From NCBI GenBank assembly GCA_046350775.1, contig JAXLZS010000001.1, positions 287,930-351,929 on the forward strand: a stretch of 64,000 bases of DNA, written 5' to 3'. The position numbers and the translations under genes were made by a program. This stretch comes from Minisyncoccota bacterium (GTDB lineage: Bacteria; Patescibacteriota; Minisyncoccia; Phycocordibacterales; UBA5272). A model generated the notes under the pieces. It did not search any database, was not told where the DNA came from, and worked only from the letters and a program-made list of their open reading frames with translations. Position 1 is the stretch's first letter. The number at the start of each line of letters is the position of its first letter. Positions 26,811 through 35,470 of this stretch are shown piece after piece.

Positions 26811-27152
26811 ATGCCTCCTAGTGGTTTTAAAAAATCATCCAAATCAATGGTAAATTTTGTAAGAAAAAATTATCAAGAACTTCAAGAAGAAGTCGCTGAT
26901 AAAAAGTACAAATCTTTCGTTGATGGATTAAACGCTGAAATCAAAAGGATAGATTTATTTTCAAAAAATTGTAAAAATGACTCTATCGATAGTTACTGTA
27001 TTAAATTAATGGGATATTGTTATAAGGATTTAGCTGAAAGAATTAAAAAAGAAGCTAATATTGATATAGTAATAAATCGACAACTTAAAGAAATTGAGAA
27101 AAATCTATTTGATTTACATCTTACCAACGATGGAAAACTTATTTTAAAATAA
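26811..27152 (+). CDS. hypothetical protein
   Basis: 113-aa ORF 11 bp after the previous gene, with a terminator downstream. Confidence 0.4.
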   Translation: MPPSGFKKSSKSMVNFVRKNYQELQEEVADKKYKSFVDGLNAEIKRIDLFSKNCKNDSIDSYCIKLMGYCYKDLAERIKKEANIDIVINRQLKEIEKNLFDLHLTNDGKLILK

Positions 27153-27167
27153 ACTAATCCAAAAAAG

Positions 27168-27200
27168 ATTAAGACTTGCTGAATGCAAGTCTTTTTTATT
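27168..27200 (+). terminator. rho-independent terminator
   Basis: AAGACTTGC-TGAA-TGCAAGTCTT hairpin followed by TTTTTTATTTT. Confidence 0.75.
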
Positions 27201-27234
27201 TTTTATATTTTGCTATAATTGAAAAATTAAAAAT

Positions 27235-28464
27235 ATGAAATTATTATCTATAGAGACCAGTTGTGACGAGACAGCGATCGCTATACTTTCTTTCGAAAAA
27301 GAACAAAAAGAAGAAATAAAATTTGATGTACTATCAAATCACGTCTTGTCTCAAATCAACATCCATCGTGAATTTGGAGGGGTTTTCCCTACTCTTGCAA
27401 AGAGAGAGCATGCGAAAAATATTGTAAAAATATTTGAGGAGTGTCTAAAGGAGGCAGGACTATATAAAGAAAAAGAAGACCAAACTCATACATCACTCGA
27501 AACTGAGAAAACAGAGAAGATTAGAACCCTTTTAGAAAGAGAACCTGAGATGTTTTCTGAGATAATCAAATTGACTTTAAAAATAGAAAAACCAGATCTA
27601 GAGGCTCTGTCAGTCACAGCTGGACCAGGTCTCGCTCCAGCACTCTGGGTTGGGATAAATTTCACAAAAGCTCTATCTATATATTGGGATTTACCAGTCT
27701 ATCCTATCAATCATATGGAGGGACACATCGTCAGTGGATTAATAACTAAATTAGAAAATAATAAATTTAAATTAAAAAATATTCCATCCCCATCTCTCGC
27801 ATTACTTATTTCTGGTGGTCACACAGAGATAGATCTTATAGAAGATTTTGAAAATTCTAAATATAAAAAACTTGGCCAAACTGTAGACGATGCTGTCGGT
27901 GAAGCTTTTGATAAAGTCGCTCGCTCCCTCAATCTTCCCTATCCTGGTGGACCAGAGATTTCAAAATTGGCAGACAAAGCAAGAGAAAATGGATTAAAAA
28001 TTATCCCAGAATTTAAACTTCCACGCCCTATGATGAGCTCTCGGGATTTAAACTTTTCTTTCTCCGGTCTAAAGACCGCTGTAATATACAAAATAAAAGA
28101 ACTGGAAAAATTAACAGATGAAAAAAAGATAACTCTAGAAGATATAAAAAATATTATTGCTCTGGATTTCGAAAATGCGGTGACGGAAATTTTACTTAAA
28201 AAAATAAAAGACGCTATAGCTAGGACAAATAGTGACACTTTACTAATCGGTGGTGGCGTAATAGCAAATAATTTTATAAGAAATAATTTCTCAGAATTTG
28301 CAATCAAAGAAAATATCACTTTACATATACCAGAAAAAAGTCTGACTGGCGACAATGCATTTATGATCGGTACTGTAGCTATTCTCCAAATATTAAGAAA
28401 TAAAAAATCTACACACATCTCTGATATCAGAGCAGAGAGTAATTTTAATGTGGAAAATGTCTAA
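27235..28464 (+). CDS. tsaD: tRNA N6-adenosine threonylcarbamoyltransferase TsaD (Kae1/OSGEP family) with internal insertions
   Basis: MKLLSIETSCDETAIAIL, the metal-binding HMEGH, and GGGV. It is about 60 aa longer than the typical TsaD. Confidence 0.85.
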   Translation: MKLLSIETSCDETAIAILSFEKEQKEEIKFDVLSNHVLSQINIHREFGGVFPTLAKREHAKNIVKIFEECLKEAGLYKEKEDQTHTSLETEKTEKIRTLLEREPEMFSEIIKLTLKIEKPDLEALSVTAGPGLAPALWVGINFTKALSIYWDLPVYPINHMEGHIVSGLITKLENNKFKLKNIPSPSLALLISGGHTEIDLIEDFENSKYKKLGQTVDDAVGEAFDKVARSLNLPYPGGPEISKLADKARENGLKIIPEFKLPRPMMSSRDLNFSFSGLKTAVIYKIKELEKLTDEKKITLEDIKNIIALDFENAVTEILLKKIKDAIARTNSDTLLIGGGVIANNFIRNNFSEFAIKENITLHIPEKSLTGDNAFMIGTVAILQILRNKKSTHISDIRAESNFNVENV

Positions 28465-28477
28465 TAAAATAAATAAA

Positions 28478-28512
28478 AATAAAAAGCTGAGATAGTCTCA
28501 ACTTTTTATTTT
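28478..28512. terminator. bidirectional terminator between convergent tsaD and the 818-aa gene
   Basis: GCTGAGA-TAG-TCTCAAC hairpin flanked by A- and T-runs. Confidence 0.5.
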
Positions 28513-28534
28513 TATTAATCTAATTATTTTTTAA

Positions 28535-30991
28535 TTATTGATTTAATGTCTTTATATAGGCATCAACTTGTGTCTTTAGGTCAGGTCTAATCTTTGATAC
28601 AGAATTTAAAAGACTTATAGCCATATATTTATTACCTGTATCAGCATAAAGCTTTGCCAATACCACCATAGAGTTCACATCATTAGGATTTTTGTCGATA
28701 TTATTATTTAAGATAGATATTATTCTATCTTTAGCTCCTGCTGCCAAATATGCAGATGTCACATCTTCATTTACAGCCATAACACCATTTTCATCTTTTA
28801 GAAGTTTCTCAGCTGTAGTGAAATCTTTTACATATATACTTGTAATTGAGTAAATATTTTTTGCTTGATCATATGTAGAATCATTATCATATATAGATTT
28901 CGCAACTTGATTGGCTGTGTTTACGTCATTTACACTAAGCAATTCTTGCACATATTCTGTGCCAATAGTTTGCTTTTTTGGAGCATATTCATATGCCATT
29001 TTTCCATATTTTACAGCTCCAGCATAATCGCCTATACTTCTTAAAAATATCGAATAGATAGACAAACTTCTAGGATCAGGATGAGCAGAATCTACAATAT
29101 CAGAATAAGCATTTTTAGTAGCTGATATATAATTTGATAATAATTGATAAATAGGAAGATATTCTTCTGTTTGTGGAATATTGGCACTACTTATCTGATT
29201 GATGAGACCTAGAGTCTGCTGTGCTAATTGCTCACGACTCTCCATCTTTGCAATTCCACCAGTCTTGGTCGCTTTTTCAAAAGATGAAAGACTTCTATTG
29301 AGAGCTTCTATGGGACTTTCCCCATTCTTTATTTGAGGAGTTAGACCTCCTATTATATTTCTATTAGCGATAATGTAATTTATATTTAAGAAATATAGCG
29401 ATGATAATAGAGCAATGGCCACCACTGGACCCCATATAACAGTTTTACTTCTTTTGATTTTTGCATCAATACTTACAACTTTTGTCTCTACAGGTTTATT
29501 GAAAGCAAAATTAATATAAGCTAGTACCACAAAGAATAATATATAAGATATTAAATTATCAAATACAAATATATTATGAATAAAATAAGCTATCAAGAGA
29601 CCTGTTAAAAGTGATTTTTCCAAGAATTCAGATCTGGTATTTTTATGAGACTTCGCATATTTTGAAAACCATATAGTCCAAATAGCCGAAAAATAAAGAG
29701 CAAGATAAGCAAGAAGACCAATAATACCTCCAGCTATCAACCAATCCATAAACACATTATGTGTCCTGTCAAACCATGGCTCTTGAGCATACATACGAGC
29801 ATCATTATGCTTTGCAAATACATAAAAGTAATTATCTTGACCCCAACCAAGTATTGGTCTTTCTCTTGCTCCAGATAAAGACATTTTTATGTTAAGAAGA
29901 CGAGAAGTAAAAGTTCCATCTCCAGAAATTGCAAGCAGACTCTGATAAGTAGATGTAGGATTATAAAGTTCGGTTTTTAATTCTCCAACTTTACTCACAA
30001 AAGTGACAGGGTTGGCAAAAGAAGCAACTTTAGAGAGTTTATTTAGTGTTCCGGAACTTTGAATAAAGCTTGTATTCTTTAAAGATACAAGACCTACAAA
30101 AATAGCTAAAATAGCTACCACCACTCCTAGAGAAATCTTTCTTAGAGATTTTAGCTCTTCGAATTTCTTACCACCAAAATAAATTATAACAGCTGAGACA
30201 AACACACCAACAGCAAAACCGACCTGAGCTCCACGAGTCTGAGTATAATAGAGTGCTATTAGATTTAGGATCACCATAAGTCCATAGATCCAGCTGTTTT
30301 TATTTTTCTCCATCTTACTCTCAATATAACTAATAAAGAAAAGGAAAATGAAAAATACTGAATAGATGGCTAGATAAGTAGAGTTTCCAAGTGATGAGTC
30401 TAGCTGACTTCCCCCTTGAGATGGATAAAATACTTTATGTATAGCATCACGAAGAGCTGGCAGATAATTCATCGGAGTAAATGTAGATAGACCGAGTAAC
30501 TGCAAGAAAGCCAAAAGCAATACTGGGATATTTGAGATAAATAATACAACTTTATATTCTTTCCAAGCAGTCTTTGTCTTAAACATTGAGACTAGTATTA
30601 AAAAGTATAAAAAGAGATGAGCATGTCCAACAAATCCTTCCATTCTTTCAAAGTTCGAGAAGAAAGCACGAGTAGGATTGATTGAAAATATATCAGCCAA
30701 TAAAAGCACAAATACAAAAGCTGAATATATCCAAAGTATCAAAGACTTTTTTGGTCTATATTCTTTGTTCAAGATCATGAGCATTAGCCATGCCGCTGCT
30801 GCGATTTCTACTAATATTCTAAAAGCAAAGTTTTTTCCTGTGATGTATGGGAAAAGCATTGAATTCCAAGCTGCTCCAATACCAAATCCAGAAACATAAA
30901 ATGCTAAAAATGGGATAATAGCTAAAGATAAATAAATCACCCATTTCAAAAATTTATTATCTTTGTTGTCGTCAAAACTTAATTTTTTCAT
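28535..30991 (-). CDS. polytopic membrane protein with an O-antigen ligase (Wzy_C)-like domain and C-terminal TPR-like repeats
   Basis: About 12 TM helices. A periplasmic-loop motif THNVFMDWLIAGGIIGLLAYL resembles the Wzy_C/WaaL/PglL family. The C-terminal ~250 aa are helical-repeat (TPR-like). Confidence 0.55.
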   Translation of the reverse strand: MKKLSFDDNKDNKFLKWVIYLSLAIIPFLAFYVSGFGIGAAWNSMLFPYITGKNFAFRILVEIAAAAWLMLMILNKEYRPKKSLILWIYSAFVFVLLLADIFSINPTRAFFSNFERMEGFVGHAHLFLYFLILVSMFKTKTAWKEYKVVLFISNIPVLLLAFLQLLGLSTFTPMNYLPALRDAIHKVFYPSQGGSQLDSSLGNSTYLAIYSVFFIFLFFISYIESKMEKNKNSWIYGLMVILNLIALYYTQTRGAQVGFAVGVFVSAVIIYFGGKKFEELKSLRKISLGVVVAILAIFVGLVSLKNTSFIQSSGTLNKLSKVASFANPVTFVSKVGELKTELYNPTSTYQSLLAISGDGTFTSRLLNIKMSLSGARERPILGWGQDNYFYVFAKHNDARMYAQEPWFDRTHNVFMDWLIAGGIIGLLAYLALYFSAIWTIWFSKYAKSHKNTRSEFLEKSLLTGLLIAYFIHNIFVFDNLISYILFFVVLAYINFAFNKPVETKVVSIDAKIKRSKTVIWGPVVAIALLSSLYFLNINYIIANRNIIGGLTPQIKNGESPIEALNRSLSSFEKATKTGGIAKMESREQLAQQTLGLINQISSANIPQTEEYLPIYQLLSNYISATKNAYSDIVDSAHPDPRSLSIYSIFLRSIGDYAGAVKYGKMAYEYAPKKQTIGTEYVQELLSVNDVNTANQVAKSIYDNDSTYDQAKNIYSITSIYVKDFTTAEKLLKDENGVMAVNEDVTSAYLAAGAKDRIISILNNNIDKNPNDVNSMVVLAKLYADTGNKYMAISLLNSVSKIRPDLKTQVDAYIKTLNQ

Positions 30992-31105
30992 AATTTATTT
31001 TAAAATTCTTAAATTTCTTATGGAAATAATAAGAAAAACACCCTATATTAATAATCCTAGAATTATATCATAATAAATATCCCCCAAACACTTGTTTTTA
31101 TTTGG

Positions 31106-31140
31106 ATTTATTGTCAAAATCTAAACTTGACAAATAAATA
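31106..31140. promoter_or_regulatory. imperfect inverted repeat ATTTATTGTCAA-N9-TTGACAAATAAAT overlapping the -35 of the copy-A promoter (operator candidate)
   Basis: Read directly. The right arm contains the -35 TTGACA at 31127-31132. Confidence 0.45.
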
Positions 31141-31281
31141 CCAATATGCTATACTGTATTATAGTGAGAATTGGCTCTTTAAAATATATTGTTTTTAGTT
31201 GTTATTGTTTGGTGATTTTAGGGATTAAAATTTTGATCTTTAAAATCACTAAACAATTTTAAACAAACTAAAAAGATAATC
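31127..31281 (+). promoter_or_regulatory. promoter (TTGACA, 17-nt spacer, TATACT) plus ~120-nt structured leader; copy A of a duplicated cassette
   Basis: The -35 is at 31127-31132 and the -10 at 31150-31155. The leader contains a long imperfect hairpin, GUUUGGUGAUUUUA...UAAAAUCACUAAAC. The segment 31146-31273 is nearly identical to 31829-31950. Confidence 0.6.
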
Positions 31282-31707
31282 ATGAAAAAATTAGTAGTAG
31301 TAAACAGAAAATTTTTTGAAGAAATTGAAGATACTGGTCTTGGTTCTTGCAAATTCACTTTTACACTTATTAAAGATGCTTTGGACAATTATTCAGTTCT
31401 TTGCCCAAAAAAAACTGACAGCTGGATAAATACTATGGACTATCCAGATCAGATAAGAGAAAGTAAAAAACTATTCCCTAATAATGAAATCGTATGTTTT
31501 GGAATAATAGAAATACAAAACAGAATTAACTATCCAGGACCAAGTAATGTAATCATCAGTAGCCCTAGCATATCTTTTGAAGTGGAAGAAGCCAACTTAA
31601 ACCTATCTAATGCTATAAAAACCGCAGAAGTTCTTAAAGAGGCATTTAAAAATGTTTACGGCTGGTGGGAGAAATCACCCTTCAATTTTAAAGAAATTCC
31701 TTATTGA
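31282..31707 (+). CDS. hypothetical protein (141 aa)
   Basis: ORF driven by the copy-A cassette, with a terminator downstream. No motif recognised. Confidence 0.45.
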   Translation: MKKLVVVNRKFFEEIEDTGLGSCKFTFTLIKDALDNYSVLCPKKTDSWINTMDYPDQIRESKKLFPNNEIVCFGIIEIQNRINYPGPSNVIISSPSISFEVEEANLNLSNAIKTAEVLKEAFKNVYGWWEKSPFNFKEIPY

Positions 31708-31723
31708 ATTAAAGGCTAAACCA

Positions 31724-31760
31724 AAAAACTCTTTCAATCCTGAAAGAGTTTTAATTTTTA
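31724..31760 (+). terminator. rho-independent terminator
   Basis: AACTCTTTCA-ATCC-TGAAAGAGTT hairpin followed by TTAATTTTTATATTT. Confidence 0.75.
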
Positions 31761-31808
31761 TATTTCCTTCACCATGTATGTCCCCTCAAAATAAAAACAA
31801 AATAATAC

Positions 31809-31960
31809 TTGACATTTTATACTATATATGCTACACTGTATTATAGTGAGAATTAGCTCTTTAAAATAAATTTTTAGTTGTTATTGTTTGGTGATTTTAG
31901 GGATTAAATTTGGATCTTTAAAATCACTAAACAATTTTAAAAAACTAAAAAATAAAAACA
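31809..31960 (+). promoter_or_regulatory. promoter (TTGACA, 17-nt spacer, TACACT) plus ~120-nt structured leader; copy B of the duplicated cassette
   Basis: The -35 is at 31809-31814 and the -10 at 31832-31837. Leader 31829-31950 is about 93% identical to copy A and keeps the hairpin arms GTGATTTTA / TAAAATCAC. Confidence 0.6.
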
Positions 31961-32287
31961 ATGAAAAAAGTATTTTTTGTAGAAATCGCAATTATGATGG
32001 ATCTGAGACTTGGAGTAAATTATTCTGATGTACCAGAAAAAAAAGAAGATAGACTTCGAAATTTAATATCTGGTCTATCAAAAATAATCCAAGATACTAA
32101 AGGACTTATTAAAAAAATTAAATGTGATAATGATAAATCAACTATCACAATTAATTTCTATAAAAACTATGGAATAGAATTAAAAGAAGATATTCCATGG
32201 AACATACTTAAAGACACTGAAAAAGATGCCTTACGAAATGGACTAGTGGCTTTTTCAGAAGCAATTAAAAATACTATTTGTCATTAA
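31961..32287 (+). CDS. hypothetical protein (108 aa)
   Basis: ORF driven by the copy-B cassette. It is unrelated in sequence to the 141-aa protein. Confidence 0.45.
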   Translation: MKKVFFVEIAIMMDLRLGVNYSDVPEKKEDRLRNLISGLSKIIQDTKGLIKKIKCDNDKSTITINFYKNYGIELKEDIPWNILKDTEKDALRNGLVAFSEAIKNTICH

Positions 32288-32308
32288 CCATAATTCAGAT
32301 AGTAAATA

Positions 32309-32340
32309 AAACCAGCATAAGATATGCTGGTATTTCTATT
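32309..32340. terminator. bidirectional terminator between convergent genes
   Basis: ACCAGCATA-AGAT-ATGCTGGT hairpin followed by ATTTCTATTTTT. Confidence 0.65.
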
Positions 32341-32341
32341 T

Positions 32342-34174
32342 TTATAATTCCTTAACCATATATGTCCCCTCTAAATGATACCCGAGCTTTTTGTAATATT
32401 CACGCACACCGACACCAGATATCACGGCGATTTTTTTATAATTATTTTCTTTTGCAATTCTCTCGGCCTCTCTCATCAATCTTTTTCCAAATCCAATATG
32501 TTGAGATTGAGTCCCCTCTTCTCCAAATTTTTTGACAGTTCCATAGACATGCAGCTCTCTTATGAGTGCGCATTTATCTATGAGGACTTTTAAGTTTTCA
32601 TATTTTGTTAGTTCATTATCAAAATGGTCAGACTGAAGTCGGAGCCTACAAAATCCAGCCAATTTATCATTATCATTTTTATTTATATATTCTAGGAAAT
32701 ACTCTCTACCATACTGAGTATCATATTCTGTCACTCGCAATTCAAAATCTTTTTCATCGACTTCTGTATCTCTGATTTCTCTTGCTCTGATATCTTGCTG
32801 GATAAATCCATTTTTCTTTTGATATTCATCTACCAGCTCACGCATATTACTCTTTTTACTTGAAGCGAGAATATATGTCGCAGGAATATCGCGTATCATG
32901 CGTATCACACGAGTATAATTTTTTATTTCTTTCTCACAATCAGCGAGAACTTTTACAAGAGTATCGTCGTCATAAGGCTCGTATTTGAATTCTTTTATTT
33001 CTTTTGTCTCTCTATCTTTATAGACTCTTTTGGTAAACATTTTATAGAGAAGACTTGTCTTTAGTATGACACATGGATAGACTTTGAGCATGTCCGGATG
33101 AAAATCTTTTGAATTATAAAGATCCTTGAACATCTGCACATCCATCTCAGGATTTGATTCTGGTAAATTTGGCATCATATGGTAGACGAATTTAAATCCG
33201 GCGCTACGCATCATCTCTGTCGCCTGCGCAATACTTTCACGAGTCATCTCGCGCGCATTAAAATCGAGAACATGTTGATCAAGATGCTGGACACCTATCT
33301 CTATTTTTGTCACTCCTAGATAGCGAAGCCAGTTTAATGTTTCAAAATTTATATAGTCAGGTCTTGTCTCAGTAGAAAGACCGATAATGCGGCACTCTGC
33401 TGTCTCATTTTCTTTTTGAAGATCTAATAATTTTTTATCTGAAGAAATTCCTTTTGAGAATGTTTCGCGAAGCGGGGCCCCATTCGAAAAAGAAATTTCT
33501 GGTGATGGTTTATAATTATTTGCGGCACGAAAAATTTCTTTTATAAAATATTCTTGATAATCTTTTTGATAATAATCAAAAGTGCCGCCGATGACTATCA
33601 CTTCGAGTTTGTTTATAGGATGACCATTCATCTCAAGAGCCTTTAATCTTGAAGTAAACTGAAGATATGGATCAAAATTATTAGCGAGAGCTCTCGCGGC
33701 AGCCGGCTCTTTGGACAAATATGATTTTGGCATCCTAGCTTCTGTCGGACAATAAATACACCTTCCTGGACATGGATACGGCTTGGTAAGAAGTGAAACC
33801 ACAGTCACACCACTATTGCTTCTTACTTTTAATCTTTTTAAAAGTTGCTCGAGCTCTTTTTTTCTTTCATCACTCAAAATCTCTTTTCCTTCAGCGATCC
33901 TCTTTTGAAATAAAACTAACAATTCACTATTTGTAGGAGTTTTAGTCTTTCCTCTCTCGTGTGCTTTTTTTTCTAAATTTAAGATTTTTTGTACCAAAGT
34001 CTTTGCTCTTAAGAATTTTTGCTTTTTGGCCATATCTTCACGTATAGCGACTATCTCATGGTACAAATCCGCGTCTTTTGTGATAAGTCGCTTGAGATTG
34101 TTTAAGTCTTTTTCTGTATAGACTTTTGAAAAAATATTATTCATAATATTTAAATAATATAGATACTTTATCAA
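32342..34174 (-). CDS. Elp3-like protein: radical SAM domain fused to a C-terminal GNAT acetyltransferase domain (tRNA wobble-uridine modification / ELP3 family)
   Basis: Cys cluster CPGRCIYCP in a radical-SAM core and a C-terminal GNAT motif QHIGFGKRLMREAERIAKE, characteristic of the Elp3 HAT domain. Length is 610 aa. Confidence 0.7.
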   Translation of the reverse strand: MIKYLYYLNIMNNIFSKVYTEKDLNNLKRLITKDADLYHEIVAIREDMAKKQKFLRAKTLVQKILNLEKKAHERGKTKTPTNSELLVLFQKRIAEGKEILSDERKKELEQLLKRLKVRSNSGVTVVSLLTKPYPCPGRCIYCPTEARMPKSYLSKEPAAARALANNFDPYLQFTSRLKALEMNGHPINKLEVIVIGGTFDYYQKDYQEYFIKEIFRAANNYKPSPEISFSNGAPLRETFSKGISSDKKLLDLQKENETAECRIIGLSTETRPDYINFETLNWLRYLGVTKIEIGVQHLDQHVLDFNAREMTRESIAQATEMMRSAGFKFVYHMMPNLPESNPEMDVQMFKDLYNSKDFHPDMLKVYPCVILKTSLLYKMFTKRVYKDRETKEIKEFKYEPYDDDTLVKVLADCEKEIKNYTRVIRMIRDIPATYILASSKKSNMRELVDEYQKKNGFIQQDIRAREIRDTEVDEKDFELRVTEYDTQYGREYFLEYINKNDNDKLAGFCRLRLQSDHFDNELTKYENLKVLIDKCALIRELHVYGTVKKFGEEGTQSQHIGFGKRLMREAERIAKENNYKKIAVISGVGVREYYKKLGYHLEGTYMVKEL

Positions 34175-34195
34175 ATTTTAGTGAAAAATAAAAAT

Positions 34196-34232
34196 AAAAA
34201 ATCCCTCATCTCTATGGTGAGGGATTTTGAGA
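34196..34232 (-). terminator. rho-independent terminator (minus strand)
   Basis: ATCCCTCA-TCTCTATGG-TGAGGGAT hairpin with a T-run on the minus strand. Confidence 0.65.
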
Positions 34233-34252
34233 GGAAATATTTTCATATTACA

Positions 34253-35239
34253 TCACACGTCCAGTTTTTTTAACTTAAGGTTTCTTTTTGCTCCGGACAC
34301 AAAGCCGTCTATGAAATCCGGCAAAAATAGCATGAGAATTAAAACAATAAGCATTGTAGTGATATTTATTTCTCCAAAATAAATTCCAGCAAAAAAGGCT
34401 GCAATCGTAGCTATCCATAAATCTATAGGAATAGCAAAGAAAACATCCACAATTTTTCTACTGAAAAATAATGAAGAAAATAAGAAACTCAAAACAAAAG
34501 ACGAGGCAAAATAAGATAGTGTATATGGTATCAAATTTAAGTGATTTCCATAACCTTTACAATTAAGGACCATAGAAATAAAATGAATAAATCCAAAAGA
34601 TAAAAATGGTAATATGAGATGAAAACGGGAAAAATATTGGAATTCTTTTTTCTTTTCCATCACATCAGAATCAATTTCTTTTTCAAGCTCAGTCATATTT
34701 TCAGGTTTGGTTTTCTTTACTTCAAAAATGTTAAAAGCTTCGTGCTTTACATATTTAAAGGAATAAGCCAAAAGAAAGAAAATAATGAAAATAGAACATA
34801 CGGTCCAAGATTTCCAGTTGGCTTCCGGCTGCTTATAATCCTGTTTTGCTTCTTTGTAGAAAATACCATTTTTCAAAATGTCATAAGAAACAACTTTCTG
34901 CTCCTGATAAAGAAAGTTAGAAAATAAACTTCTTTCTGAACTATCCACTACTATTGATGAATAAAAGCTGCCAGCATATTTTTCGCTACCATATTTTTTA
35001 TAAGCCAAACTATCAACTATTGGATAGCGGATATTTTGATAAATAAATGTTGGCAGAGAAAAATTTTTAACGGAGTCACATACTTTACATCCTCCATTGG
35101 TATTATTCCAACCTGGTCCCCAATTTTTTGGGTCTTGATAGTCAGCCTTTTTTGTGTTTGCTTTGCTTTGCGAATAGTTTTTTGTCGCAAAAATTCCTGA
35201 CAATAAAAATACTGTCAGAAAAAATAGTAATTTTTTCAT
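34253..35239 (-). CDS. membrane protein with N-terminal signal peptide, an extracytoplasmic domain and about five C-terminal TM helices; unknown function
   Basis: Hydropathy pattern only. Confidence 0.4.
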   Translation of the reverse strand: MKKLLFFLTVFLLSGIFATKNYSQSKANTKKADYQDPKNWGPGWNNTNGGCKVCDSVKNFSLPTFIYQNIRYPIVDSLAYKKYGSEKYAGSFYSSIVVDSSERSLFSNFLYQEQKVVSYDILKNGIFYKEAKQDYKQPEANWKSWTVCSIFIIFFLLAYSFKYVKHEAFNIFEVKKTKPENMTELEKEIDSDVMEKKKEFQYFSRFHLILPFLSFGFIHFISMVLNCKGYGNHLNLIPYTLSYFASSFVLSFLFSSLFFSRKIVDVFFAIPIDLWIATIAAFFAGIYFGEINITTMLIVLILMLFLPDFIDGFVSGAKRNLKLKKLDV

Positions 35240-35470
35240 ACTTTGATAAATTTAGGTTATTTAAAAAAAATTGTTTTTTGAAATTAAAAATAAAAAAGAT
35301 ATATATGAAGTTAGAATTTTCAATTAGAAAAATAGTTTTAAAAAACCTAAAATTTATTCAATTTTTGGCTTTTGTTTTTAAAGGACAAATACAAGGCATA
35401 TACTATAGTATAAAAAGTATTTAGTCAATATTAAAAAATAATATTATCTAGAACTTGTTTTAAGGAAAAA

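Noticed and set aside
35249-35358. 11-bp inverted repeat AAATTTAGGTT ... AACCTAAAATTT separated by about 88 bp.
   Set aside because: It is imperfect, very AT-rich and widely spaced, and so is consistent with chance in this composition.
35128-35424. 98-aa + strand ORF in the intergenic region and start of the 34253-35239 gene.
   Set aside because: Its low-complexity AT-rich translation overlaps the N-terminus of a plausible signal-peptide-bearing gene on the other strand.
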